64,000 nucleotides of DNA, taken from positions 1,376,001 through 1,440,000 of the forward strand of contig OY762428.1 of assembly GCA_963665665.1 (NCBI GenBank), given 5' to 3'. The position numbers and the translations under genes are program-made. Under the pieces are notes generated by a model that was given only the letters and a program-made list of their open reading frames with translations, was not told the DNA's origin and searched no databases. This DNA comes from Candidatus Kapaibacterium sp. GTDB taxonomy: Bacteria > Bacteroidota > Ignavibacteria > Kapaibacteriales > UBA2268. Shown piece after piece: positions 20,433 through 29,844 of the stretch (the stretch's first letter is position 1; each line of letters opens with the position of its first letter).

Positions 20433-22661
20433 TTATTTTTCTGATTTTACTATCTTCTTTATGATTTCACCTTGGGCAGTTCCGGCTTTCAACAGGTAAA
20501 CGCCAGATGGAATATCTTCTTTTCCGGAACCGTTGCAAATCCATTCAAATTCCATTGTTCCGGGATCAATATTTCCTGAAAAAAGTTCAGCAACCTGTCG
20601 TCCGCTAAGATCATAGATGCCAAGAATAAGTTTCTGCAATTTCTTGGATATTACAATTATTCTTGCATTTTCATAAACCGGATTCGGGAAAATACTAACA
20701 GACAATTTGCCTGATTCAGGATTATCGTTTTTATCTTCAATTTCATTAATGCTGTTAATTATACAGTCATATTCAATGCTTTCGCTTCCGTCGGCATAAA
20801 TAATTCTAACCGAATCTGTTTTTTCGGATTCGCCGGTTCCAACATGAATAAGCCCTGTTCGTTGTTTTTTTATTCCGGACTGATTATTTCCGTCGGCGTA
20901 ATATTCCCCACAATCAGAATATACGGTTATGGAATTAATCCCTTTATTGCGAAATTTGAATTTTATATAGCTGTTTGTATTTTCAGACTGATTCCTGTAC
21001 AAAGAAAGCCTTCCGTTCTGAATAGTTACCAGGTCTGTTTTCCCGTCCAGGTCAAAATCTTCGCAGATAAAATCTTCCCCGAGATTAGCGCCGTTAAAAC
21101 CTGACTGCCAACTGAAGTTGTTAAGTTTACCGTTTTCATCCCTTAAATATAAAGCTGCATGTCGGCACGGCCTTTCGGAACTCAGAATCAGATCGCTTAG
21201 GCCGTCATTATTAACGTCAATGTACTGCGCCCCTGTAAAATGTTCCTCGAATTCAATATCTTCCGTATCGTTGAAATAGTAATAATTAGACAGGGAACTT
21301 GTTAAAAACAAAGATGTCGGATTTGGTCCGATCATTTGTCCCGGCTCAGTTAAAAGAGCTATTTCATTTTCTCCATCATTTCTGACAGAACGAAAGTTCC
21401 TGCTGCCTTTTGTAGAAATCAAGCCTGATTGAGATTCTATCCCGTAATCAGTTTTCTCGTAGGTAATTTTATTTTCTCTGATCTGTGACAGGAAGATTTC
21501 ATCGTCAGCTTTATTATTAACTATGTACATATCATTCATGCCATCGCCATCAATATCAGTTATTACAGTAGTTATCCCGTTGGAATATGACGGAAGCAGA
21601 TATTCCCTGAAACAATAGTCCCCCTGGTTCAGTAAAATCAAAGGCTCTTCGGGAAGAGAATCTAAAGTATTTCTAAGTATTACCAGGTCTTGCATGCCGT
21701 CGGCATTCAGGTCGGCACATTTAACGGATTTCACTATCGCTGTTTTATTCATAAAAATGCTGTCCGCAAAAACTCCGGGCGTGGCAATATCTTTAATAAC
21801 CGAGAATGCCGAGGCAATCCGGGGAAATGATAGTATTTCAAACTCGCCGTCATTATTCAGATCTGCCGATAAAATAAATTCTGATTTTTTTAGAAATCTG
21901 TCCGGGTATTCTACATGGGAGAAAATCATATTTCCATGATTGCGATACAGCTTTTTATTCAGTATAATATCCGGCAGATCATCGTTATTATAATCGAATA
22001 TAACAATATTATCATCAGTGATAATCGAATCTTCCGGGAAAGCTTCCGGGGAAATATCTGAAAATATCGGATCTATATCCGAATATAATAGTTCAATTTC
22101 CGGCAGAATATGATAATAGCTATCCCCGATAAACCATGAGCCGTCAGTTTGCTTCACGCTCTGATATGAATAAGTCTCATAATCAGAGGAGCATTCCGGC
22201 AGTATATTAATCTTGTCCGTACAAATTTCAACGCCCTTACTCAGGCTGTCAATAGCAATAAAAAACTGGTTGGATTTGATTATTAAATCGGGAATTTTAA
22301 CCAATAACTCCTGCCTGCCTTTTTGTTCCTTTGTAATCAATATGGGCTCAATTAAATCCTTCTCGTAGAATGGATAGGCTCCTCCACCCTCGTTTCCGAA
22401 AATTCGCAACCGGCATTTCCCCCGTTCGGATTTCCCTGCCAGAATCAACCTGACGCTCTTTAGAACTACCGGTTGGACAAGAGGGAATCTTGCAGCCTGA
22501 AGTTCTATTTTTTCATTAGTATGGTAATAAAGGTTTTTTTCATACGCATCAATTTGAAATAATGCACAAAACAGAAATACAAATGATGTAATCAAACATC
22601 CGGGGAGATAAACTTTAGCGCGAATAATATTTGCCAAACCAAAATGATTTAAAGCGCTCAT
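20433..22661 (-). CDS. FG-GAP/VCBS-repeat (CRTAC1/ASPIC-UnbV-like) protein with T9SS domain
   Basis: Repeated DxNxDGxxD loops (DYNNDDLPD, DLNADGMQD, DVNNDGLSD, DFDLDGKTD), LIHVGTG motif, FPNP...SGVYLL C-terminus. Confidence 0.8.
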   Translation of the reverse strand: MSALNHFGLANIIRAKVYLPGCLITSFVFLFCALFQIDAYEKNLYYHTNEKIELQAARFPLVQPVVLKSVRLILAGKSERGKCRLRIFGNEGGGAYPFYEKDLIEPILITKEQKGRQELLVKIPDLIIKSNQFFIAIDSLSKGVEICTDKINILPECSSDYETYSYQSVKQTDGSWFIGDSYYHILPEIELLYSDIDPIFSDISPEAFPEDSIITDDNIVIFDYNNDDLPDIILNKKLYRNHGNMIFSHVEYPDRFLKKSEFILSADLNNDGEFEILSFPRIASAFSVIKDIATPGVFADSIFMNKTAIVKSVKCADLNADGMQDLVILRNTLDSLPEEPLILLNQGDYCFREYLLPSYSNGITTVITDIDGDGMNDMYIVNNKADDEIFLSQIRENKITYEKTDYGIESQSGLISTKGSRNFRSVRNDGENEIALLTEPGQMIGPNPTSLFLTSSLSNYYYFNDTEDIEFEEHFTGAQYIDVNNDGLSDLILSSERPCRHAALYLRDENGKLNNFSWQSGFNGANLGEDFICEDFDLDGKTDLVTIQNGRLSLYRNQSENTNSYIKFKFRNKGINSITVYSDCGEYYADGNNQSGIKKQRTGLIHVGTGESEKTDSVRIIYADGSESIEYDCIINSINEIEDKNDNPESGKLSVSIFPNPVYENARIIVISKKLQKLILGIYDLSGRQVAELFSGNIDPGTMEFEWICNGSGKEDIPSGVYLLKAGTAQGEIIKKIVKSEK

Positions 22662-22994
22662 CCCGGCCTCCGAGAAACTGAATAACTATTGATAAAACAG
22701 GAATATATTACCCGTTATATCGCTTAAATATCGTATGTCTCAGAATTTTTTAAACATTTTCGTTTCCCATAATAATATAGGAAACTAATTTTTAATATCC
22801 AAATCTTTAAATTCGTAAACACTTATTTTCTAATTAATTAAGTTTAATCCGAACACTGATTTTTAGGTATTTTTATACTAATTAGTATAAATTATCGGGT
22901 GATTTTTGGACCATATTAACAAATATGTTAATTTTTATGACAAAAAATTTAATTTAATTATTTAATAAAAAATTGAATATTTTTTTTATCATCT

Positions 22995-23396
22995 TTAAAC
23001 TCGCATCTAAGCCCCTGCATAGATGTGTAGTTTTTTAACCAATGGAATTTGCCTTCCCAAGCGGGGCTTGGGAAGGAGTAGAAAGGAGGAAAATTTCAAT
23101 AGCCACGTGCTTTAGCTCGTGGATAAAGATGCAAGGTACAGAAGCAAAGAAATAAAACCTCCCCTTTAATTCCCTCCTATCGTAGGAGGTTTTTTTTGGA
23201 AATAGCTATTATCTTATGGCGATGACTCATTTTTAAAATTTTTTCCTAAGGTCATTCTGAACGAAGTGAAGAATCCAGTATTCCGGGAATGAATGAAAAG
23301 ATGGATTCTTAAACTCGCATCTAAGCCCCTGCTTAGATGTGTAGTATTCTTTTTTTTACCAATGGAATTTGCCTTCCCAAGCAGGGCTTGGGAAGG
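22995..23396. repeat. Two ~85-bp direct repeats (22995-23076, 23309-23396), each with two palindromes; REP-like
   Basis: TTAAACTCGCATCTAAGCCCCTGC(A/T)TAGATGTGTAG...CCTTCCCAAGC(G/A)GGGCTTGGGAAGG in both copies. Confidence 0.8.
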
Positions 23397-23695
23397 TTGA
23401 AAAACCGAAAGCAGCGTAGCTGGGGCATTTTTGTAGTTTCTTGCAATAGGCCCCTCCTTCGGATACCGACAAGTCTTGGACAGGGCGGGTTTGGGGAGGT
23501 CAAACATGATAATATTTCATAGTTCAGTTATATTGATTGCCAAAAGATATTGAAAATCCAAATTTTTATCAGCATTTTCATGGCTCAGGCTTGCTTTTCA
23601 CTTGGCAAATAATTAATTTGTATATATTAGATTATATTGTTCAGTATTAAGCAATTTATATCGCTATGAAATTCAAATATTTAAAAGGAGGAGCC

Positions 23696-26143
23696 ATGAA
23701 GAAATTATTTATTGTTTTAATTATTTTCCTGGCTTATGCACCATTGACAAATGCACAGGAATTATTTGGCTGGGGTAATAATAGTAGTTATCAACTTGGC
23801 TTTGCTGAGCACTTAACCCCTGAACAAACAGTTCCAGGTTTAAATTGGGCTTCGGTTGCTTGTGGAGATCATTACACGGTAGCTATTAAGGCAGATGGCA
23901 CTCTATGGGCTTGGGGAAATAATGAATTCGGCCAGTTAGGAGACAGCACAACAATTGATAGATCAAGGCCGGTACAAATTGGAAGCGGAACTGATTGGTC
24001 TTCCGTGGCTTGTGGTGGTTCTCACACAGTAGCAATAAAAATAGACGGAACTCTTTGGGCCTGGGGATCGAATAATGCAGGCAAATTGGGAGACGGTACA
24101 ACAACTACAAGAACTAGCCCGGTACAAATTGGAAGCGGAACTGATTGGTCTTCCGTGGCTTGTGGTGGTTCTCACACAGTAGCAATAAAAACAGACGGGA
24201 CTCTATGGGCCTGGGGTGTCAATATCTACGGCCAGTTAGGTGATAATTCTAAAATACATAAAACAAGGCCGGTACAAATTGGAAGCAACACAAATTGGGC
24301 TTTCGTGGTTTGTGGAGTTGAACACACCTTAGCGATAAAGAGAGACGGAACTCTATGGGCCTGGGGACGGAATAGGTACTACCAGTTAGGAGACAACACA
24401 GAAACTGATAGAATCAAACCTGTAAAAATTGGAATCAGTACAGATTGGGCTTCGGTGGCTGGCGGGCAGAATCACTCATTAGCGATAAAAACAGATGGCA
24501 CTCTATGGGCATGGGGATTAAATAGTTACGGCTGTTTAGGTGACAGCATTACGACCAATAAAACAAGCCCTTTTCAAGTAGGAAGCGACACCAATTGGAC
24601 TTCGGTTAATTGTGGAGCTCGTAGTACAATAGCTATAAAGACAGACGGAACTCTTTGGGCCTGGGGATTGAATAATTGGGGTCAGTTAGGAGACGGTACA
24701 GCAACCAATAGAACCAGCCCGGTACAAATTGGTGTAGGAACTGATTGGGGTACGGTTAACTGTGGATACTCTCATACCGTAGTTATAAAGGCAGATGGAA
24801 CACTCTGGGCTTGGGGTTATAATATTTACGGCCAGTTAGGGGACGGGACAACAACAGACAAAACAAGTCCAAAAAAAATTGGTAGCTGTGATAATTGGAC
24901 TTGCATCGCTGGTGGGATAGCTCACACCTTAGCGGTAAAAACAGATGGAACACTCTGGGCTTGGGGATTGAATCTTGACGGCCAGTTAGGTGACGGCACT
25001 AAAACTAAGAGAACCAGACCGGTACAAATTGGAAGCGGAACTGATTGGGCTTCGGTTGATTGTGGATATCATCACACCGTAGCGATAAAAACAGACGGAA
25101 CACTCTGGGCATGGGGTTATAATGAAGACGGCTGTTTAGGTGACGGAACAACAACCACAAAAACCAGCCCGGTACAAATTGGAAGCGGAACAAATTGGGC
25201 TTCGGTTGCTTGTGGAGATCATTACACGGTAGCAAAAAAGACAAATGGAACACTCTGGGCATGGGGATGGAATAAAAACGGCGAGTTAGGAGATGGCACA
25301 ACAATACGAAGAATAAGACCTGTACAGATAGGAATTGACAAGAATTGGGTTTCGGTGGCTTGTGGTGGGGCTCATACCTTAGCTATAAAGACAGACGGAA
25401 CTCTATGGACTTGGGGATCTAATCTTTGGGGCCAGTTAGGGGACGGTACTTCAACTAAAAGAACCAGCCCTGTACAAATAGGAAGCGGAACTGATTGGGC
25501 ATTGGTTGATTGTGGATCGTTGCATGGCGTAGGTATTATGACCGACGGAACTCTATGGGCTTGGGGTTGGAATGAATATGGCCAGTTAGGCGACGGAACA
25601 ACAACTCAAAGAACTTCCCCTGTAAAAATAGGGAAGCAAACTGATTGGGCTACTATTGATTGTGGAGGAGACCACACCATAGCGACAAAGACAGACGGAA
25701 CTCTATGGGCCTGGGGTTGGAATGAATATGGCCAGTTAGGCGACGGAACAACAACTGACAGGTATAGTCCGGTACAAATTGGAAGCGGTACAAGTTGGGT
25801 TTCGGTTGATTGTGGAGAATCTCACACAATGGCGCTGAAGAATGTGGAAACAGGCATACCTCAAAATATCACTTTTCCCGGTGAAATAACGCTCAGCCCG
25901 GCGTATCCCAATCCGTTTGAAAGCAGAATAAATATTGGCGTGAACATTGCAAAAGAGCAGAATGTTGAGATAGAACTTTATGATATATTTGGCAAAAAGA
26001 TTCAAACGATTTACTCCGGCAGCCTCGGCTTAGGCTTCCACAAGTTCGAAGTTGACGGCAGCAGCCTGAGCAGCGGGGTTTATATTTTCAGGGTCACATC
26101 AGGGAGCTACACAAAATCATGCAGGCTTATGCTTAATAAATAA
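23696..26143 (+). CDS. RCC1/ATS1-repeat protein (about 14 blades) with T9SS domain
   Basis: 13 GTLW(A/T)WG units of 50 aa plus a truncated first unit; AGGAGGA RBS before ATG 23696; AYPNPF...SSGVYIF C-terminus. Confidence 0.9.
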   Translation: MKKLFIVLIIFLAYAPLTNAQELFGWGNNSSYQLGFAEHLTPEQTVPGLNWASVACGDHYTVAIKADGTLWAWGNNEFGQLGDSTTIDRSRPVQIGSGTDWSSVACGGSHTVAIKIDGTLWAWGSNNAGKLGDGTTTTRTSPVQIGSGTDWSSVACGGSHTVAIKTDGTLWAWGVNIYGQLGDNSKIHKTRPVQIGSNTNWAFVVCGVEHTLAIKRDGTLWAWGRNRYYQLGDNTETDRIKPVKIGISTDWASVAGGQNHSLAIKTDGTLWAWGLNSYGCLGDSITTNKTSPFQVGSDTNWTSVNCGARSTIAIKTDGTLWAWGLNNWGQLGDGTATNRTSPVQIGVGTDWGTVNCGYSHTVVIKADGTLWAWGYNIYGQLGDGTTTDKTSPKKIGSCDNWTCIAGGIAHTLAVKTDGTLWAWGLNLDGQLGDGTKTKRTRPVQIGSGTDWASVDCGYHHTVAIKTDGTLWAWGYNEDGCLGDGTTTTKTSPVQIGSGTNWASVACGDHYTVAKKTNGTLWAWGWNKNGELGDGTTIRRIRPVQIGIDKNWVSVACGGAHTLAIKTDGTLWTWGSNLWGQLGDGTSTKRTSPVQIGSGTDWALVDCGSLHGVGIMTDGTLWAWGWNEYGQLGDGTTTQRTSPVKIGKQTDWATIDCGGDHTIATKTDGTLWAWGWNEYGQLGDGTTTDRYSPVQIGSGTSWVSVDCGESHTMALKNVETGIPQNITFPGEITLSPAYPNPFESRINIGVNIAKEQNVEIELYDIFGKKIQTIYSGSLGLGFHKFEVDGSSLSSGVYIFRVTSGSYTKSCRLMLNK

Positions 26144-26166
26144 GGCTCAAAAATTGTTAATAACAG

Positions 26167-26196
26167 CAGCCGGATTCAATGAGTCCGGCTGTTTTT
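26167..26196 (+). terminator. Rho-independent terminator
   Basis: CAGCCGGATTC-AAT-GAGTCCGGCTG followed by a T tract, between convergent genes. Confidence 0.75.
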
Positions 26197-26225
26197 ATAA
26201 TAAAACGAAATTTCCTACATTCTCA

Positions 26226-27521
26226 TCAATCCTTCAATATCAGCTTCACTTCAAGCAGTGTCCTGGTTTCCCTTGATATAATGATGCATAAATAATCATC
26301 AAGCTCAATTTTTTCATTTTCTTCAGGTATTCTGCCTGTAGTGTGCATAATAAGTCCGCCAACAGTTTCGTAGTCATCACTTTCAGGCAGATCGACAGGC
26401 AGGGTATCGTTAGCATCGTCGATAGCAGCAGAGGCATCAACAAGGAATTCCTTATCGCTGATAACTTTCACAAAAGGTGATTCCTCGTCATATTCATCCT
26501 GAATCTCACCAACTATTTCTTCGAGAATATCTTCAAGTGTAACAATACCGGCAGTACCGCCAAACTCATCGATTACCACAGCAAGGTGGATTTTTTCATA
26601 TTGAAGGTCGCGCAGAAGTTTCTTGATCTTTTCATCTTCATTTACCAGGAATGGCGGACGTATAATATCGCTTATTACAATCAGATCTTTGTGGGCAAGC
26701 ATACTTAATACATCCTTGGCGTAAATCACTCCGACTATGTTGTCAACAGTCTGGTTGAATACAGGCATTCGGGAAACGCCTTCGTCAATAAAAGCATTCA
26801 TTATGTCTTCAGTTGACATACTCAGGTCCACACCTATAATCTGGTTGTGCGGAACCATTATCTGCTTAACGGGTGTACCCGAAAAATCAAAAACATTTTC
26901 GAGCATTTCATGTTCGGTTTTATCCAGCAGTCCGCTTTTTGTGCTTTCCTCTATCAGGTAGCGCAGTTCGTCGGAACTGTGTAAATCCTGTTCCTCGGTG
27001 ACCGGTTCGAAGCCAAGCATTTTTACCAAAGAGTTGGCAATATAATTCAGGAACCAGATAAATGGCTTGAATACTGTATAGAATATTTTTAATGGCAGGG
27101 CAATAACCAGAGTAACAGTTTCCGAGCGTTGTATGGCCAGAGATTTGGGAGCAAGCTCGCCAAGTACAATATGCAAAAATGTAATAACTGCAAAAGCCAC
27201 GGGCAAAGATATTTGGTGGATCAGTTCAGGACTGGCTTCAATATTTATAAATTGTAGAAGATTTATAATCAGCGCCGCAACTACGCTTTCTCCAATCCAG
27301 CCAAGGCCGAGAGAAGCCAATGTTATACCAAGCTGCGTAGCAGAAAGATATGCGTCCAGATGGTTTACCATACCTTTGGCAATTTTTGCAAGCGAACTGC
27401 CGTCGCGAACACGGAGCTCAAGCTGTGAAGACCGAACCTTTACAATAGCAAATTCCGCAGCAACGAAAAAGCCGTTAAGAAAAACAAAAAACAGGGTTAA
27501 AAATATATTAAATAGTACCAT
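26226..27521 (-). CDS. Hemolysin/CNNM-CBS-CorC family membrane protein (TlyC/CorC-like)
   Basis: NGFFVAAEFA, TQLGIT, GELAPKSLA, CBS pair with VIDEFGGTAGIVTLEDILEEIVGEI. Confidence 0.93.
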   Translation of the reverse strand: MVLFNIFLTLFFVFLNGFFVAAEFAIVKVRSSQLELRVRDGSSLAKIAKGMVNHLDAYLSATQLGITLASLGLGWIGESVVAALIINLLQFINIEASPELIHQISLPVAFAVITFLHIVLGELAPKSLAIQRSETVTLVIALPLKIFYTVFKPFIWFLNYIANSLVKMLGFEPVTEEQDLHSSDELRYLIEESTKSGLLDKTEHEMLENVFDFSGTPVKQIMVPHNQIIGVDLSMSTEDIMNAFIDEGVSRMPVFNQTVDNIVGVIYAKDVLSMLAHKDLIVISDIIRPPFLVNEDEKIKKLLRDLQYEKIHLAVVIDEFGGTAGIVTLEDILEEIVGEIQDEYDEESPFVKVISDKEFLVDASAAIDDANDTLPVDLPESDDYETVGGLIMHTTGRIPEENEKIELDDYLCIIISRETRTLLEVKLILKD

Positions 27522-27527
27522 TGCTCA

Positions 27528-28241
27528 TCAAAATAAATTAAAGGATCTGAACCGGAAACTCCTGTCCAGATGAAAACTGTAATATTTTTCAAAAAAATCA
27601 ATTATTCGTTTTTTCTGAGAATCATTCAATCTGTCATGATAATATCCTGTAAGGACTATCTCATTCAGAATTGAATAAATCTCTTTATCAAACCTGTACA
27701 TGGAAGAATACGAATTCTCCCCATTTGCCAGACAGCCGTTCTCGAAAGAAAACCAGCATGTGCGGCCATCGACAATATCATTTGTAAAATCAACATTTAT
27801 GCCAAGTTGAACCGTAAGAAACACCTGGAAAAGAATAAATACAACAAATGGTTCTTCAGGCAGCAGGTTTAGTTCTTTCAGAGATTGAACCAAACGGCCG
27901 TAAAGCTCAATATTTATATCGCCCTCCTCCTGGGTTCGGCTTACAGATTCCAGAATAAGCAGCCCTGCTGAAATATGATCCACATCCTCAGTCAGGCGGT
28001 TCATAGGAATGGCGAGTTCCGCCCGTGAAAGAGTTTGTAAGCCACGGTTAGGTTTTTTATAATATGATACTGAAGAGCAGCACAGAGGTTCCAGTGCGCC
28101 GCCAAACTTGCTTTTGGATTTCCTGGCTCCTTTGGCAATCAGCGAAACAAGGCCCTCGTCACGAGAATAGGCAGAAACAATTTTACTTGAATCCCCGTAT
28201 TTCCTGCTATGCAGAATTACCACTTCAGTACTAACTATCAT
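27528..28241 (-). CDS. recO: DNA repair protein RecO
   Basis: YGDSSKIV...GLVSLIAKGARKSKSKFGGALEP N-terminal OB-fold motif; FSFENG motif. Confidence 0.9.
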   Translation of the reverse strand: MIVSTEVVILHSRKYGDSSKIVSAYSRDEGLVSLIAKGARKSKSKFGGALEPLCCSSVSYYKKPNRGLQTLSRAELAIPMNRLTEDVDHISAGLLILESVSRTQEEGDINIELYGRLVQSLKELNLLPEEPFVVFILFQVFLTVQLGINVDFTNDIVDGRTCWFSFENGCLANGENSYSSMYRFDKEIYSILNEIVLTGYYHDRLNDSQKKRIIDFFEKYYSFHLDRSFRFRSFNLF

Positions 28242-28418
28242 TAAAAAAACGGCCCGGATATGATGTTGAAAAAATAGTTTTATATTTGAAAATAAAATAT
28301 TATTTTCGCAACCGTAATTTAGCTAATAAATGCTAATTTAACAATAGAAACTAATATTCATTGCCGATAGAATTCGGCAGGCACATTGAAAAAAAATTTA
28401 AAAAAGTTAAAATTATTC

Positions 28419-28449
28419 TTGCACAGAATTGAAAAAACTTTTAACTTTG
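28419..28449 (+). promoter_or_regulatory. Bacteroidota-type -33/-7 promoter of tRNA-Asn
   Basis: TTG at 28419, 20-nt spacer, TAACTTTG at 28442-28449. Confidence 0.6.
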
Positions 28450-28483
28450 TACTCCCTTTGAGAGGGAAATTGACAAAAGAGAT

Positions 28484-28557
28484 TCCTGAGTAGCTCAGTT
28501 GGTTAGAGCATCTGACTGTTAATCAGAGGGTCCGCGGTTCAAGTCCGTGCTCAGGAG
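28484..28557 (+). tRNA. tRNA-Asn(GTT)
   Basis: Acceptor stem TCCTGAG/CTCAGGA, anticodon arm TCTGA-CTGTTAA-TCAGA, T-loop GGTTCAAGTCC; CCA not encoded. Confidence 0.97.
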
Positions 28558-28605
28558 CTTCAAAACAAACCCGCTACAAATAGAACTGTAGCGGGTTTTT
28601 ACGTT
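28516..28605 (+). repeat. attL: 3' half of tRNA-Asn plus terminator (90 bp)
   Basis: Identical to 54561..54650; begins at the anticodon loop. Confidence 0.95.
28567..28600 (+). terminator. tRNA terminator
   Basis: AAACCCGCTACA / TGTAGCGGGTTT stem plus T tract. Confidence 0.8.
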
Positions 28606-28653
28606 ATACGACGATATTTTTTCTTCTTTTTTTCTTTGGCTAATTTTAACCAA

Positions 28654-28716
28654 TTCTACCTTTTTCTACTGTTTTCTACCGTTTTTAGTAGAACATTGGT
28701 AGAACATTAGTAGAAC
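28654..28716. repeat. Putative integrase arm-type sites (left)
   Basis: TTCTAC x3 at 10-bp period, then GTAGAAC x3 at 11-bp period. Confidence 0.65.
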
Positions 28717-28721
28717 GTTTT

Positions 28722-29792
28722 TTAAAACTTTTCCTCCAATATATCTTTCAATACATCAGTATATTTCTTTGTGTACTTTCTGTATGTCAAATTTATATCG
28801 GTGTGCCGCATCAGATTTGCAGTGTTTTTTAATGACACCCCGGAATTAATTAATTTATTGCTGAATGTATTTCTCAGCCTGTGGAAGGATTCCCCAGGAA
28901 CATAATACCCCAATTTCTTGCACACATTGTTAAATTTTTTTGTCAAATTTGATTTCGACACAGCCTCCCATTTAAATACCTTTTGTTTCTTAGCACCGTA
29001 TCTTGATTGTGCAATCTGGTACTGCTCCAACAATAACTCACTTATATTTTTTGTAATAGGGAAAGTATCAATCACTTCCTTATTTATTTTATTTGGCACT
29101 TCGATAATCCCTGTTTCAAAATTTATGTCTGTAAACTTCATGTTAAGCGTTTCACTAATTCTAAATCCTGTCATATACATAAAACGTATAAGATTATTAA
29201 ACTCTCTGTCCGGCCTGTAATTTGTTCCTTCCATTGTTTCCAGAAAATGAAATATATGTTCCATTTCCTCATCAGAAAATGGCTCTTTGGGCTTATTCTG
29301 TACTTTTTTCATAAATTCATTACATATATTCGTTTTCTTGATATACTCTTCGCTAATACAATAATTCACAAAAGTACGAATATGCCGCAATGCAGTGTTT
29401 TTCGATACAACCTGCATATCGGAATTCAATACAAAACTATTTATCATTTTTTCGAGTATTTTCTTTGATAATATTTCATCAGGTTTCTCAATAACCTTGC
29501 AATATGCCCATTCATAATTTTTCATAGTCTTCTGTGCCCTTCCTTTTGCTATCTGCCTATCTGTGAACTCCTGCCAGGCTTGCGCTATTGTTTTTTGCTT
29601 TGCCGTTGCGTCTTCAAATTGCCCGGTTATTTGCTGGCGATAATACTCGTCCTTCAGCTTGTACGCCAGGGCGTAACCCTGCTTATCGGCATTCAGGCCG
29701 GTTTTATACCATTTGTTTGATATTTTTATATACAGCTTATTCCGTTTTTTCACCACACTTCCCGGTGAGCTTGTTCCGCGTTTCCTTGCCAT
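28722..29792 (-). CDS. Tyrosine recombinase / integrase
   Basis: TGFRISE (R), FHRLRNTF (HxLR), LMRHTDINLTYRKY (H...Y). Confidence 0.93.
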   Translation of the reverse strand: MARKRGTSSPGSVVKKRNKLYIKISNKWYKTGLNADKQGYALAYKLKDEYYRQQITGQFEDATAKQKTIAQAWQEFTDRQIAKGRAQKTMKNYEWAYCKVIEKPDEILSKKILEKMINSFVLNSDMQVVSKNTALRHIRTFVNYCISEEYIKKTNICNEFMKKVQNKPKEPFSDEEMEHIFHFLETMEGTNYRPDREFNNLIRFMYMTGFRISETLNMKFTDINFETGIIEVPNKINKEVIDTFPITKNISELLLEQYQIAQSRYGAKKQKVFKWEAVSKSNLTKKFNNVCKKLGYYVPGESFHRLRNTFSNKLINSGVSLKNTANLMRHTDINLTYRKYTKKYTDVLKDILEEKF

Positions 29793-29844
29793 ACATCTCT
29801 CCTGTTTTAGTAAAATATGGCGGGGTTTGCGGCCCCGCCTGTAA

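Noticed and set aside
23214-23522. ORFs 23214..23507 (-) and 23337..23522 (+)
   Set aside because: They are made of palindromic repeat sequence and have no protein-like features
1-26143. Diversity-generating retroelement as the cause of variation in the paralog array or RCC1 repeats
   Set aside because: No reverse transcriptase in the window, and I saw no adenine-specific TR/VR pattern; differences are block-wise or affect all bases
22995-26143. CRISPR array
   Set aside because: Only two ~85-bp repeat copies; the 150-bp repeats are coding RCC1 units; no cas genes
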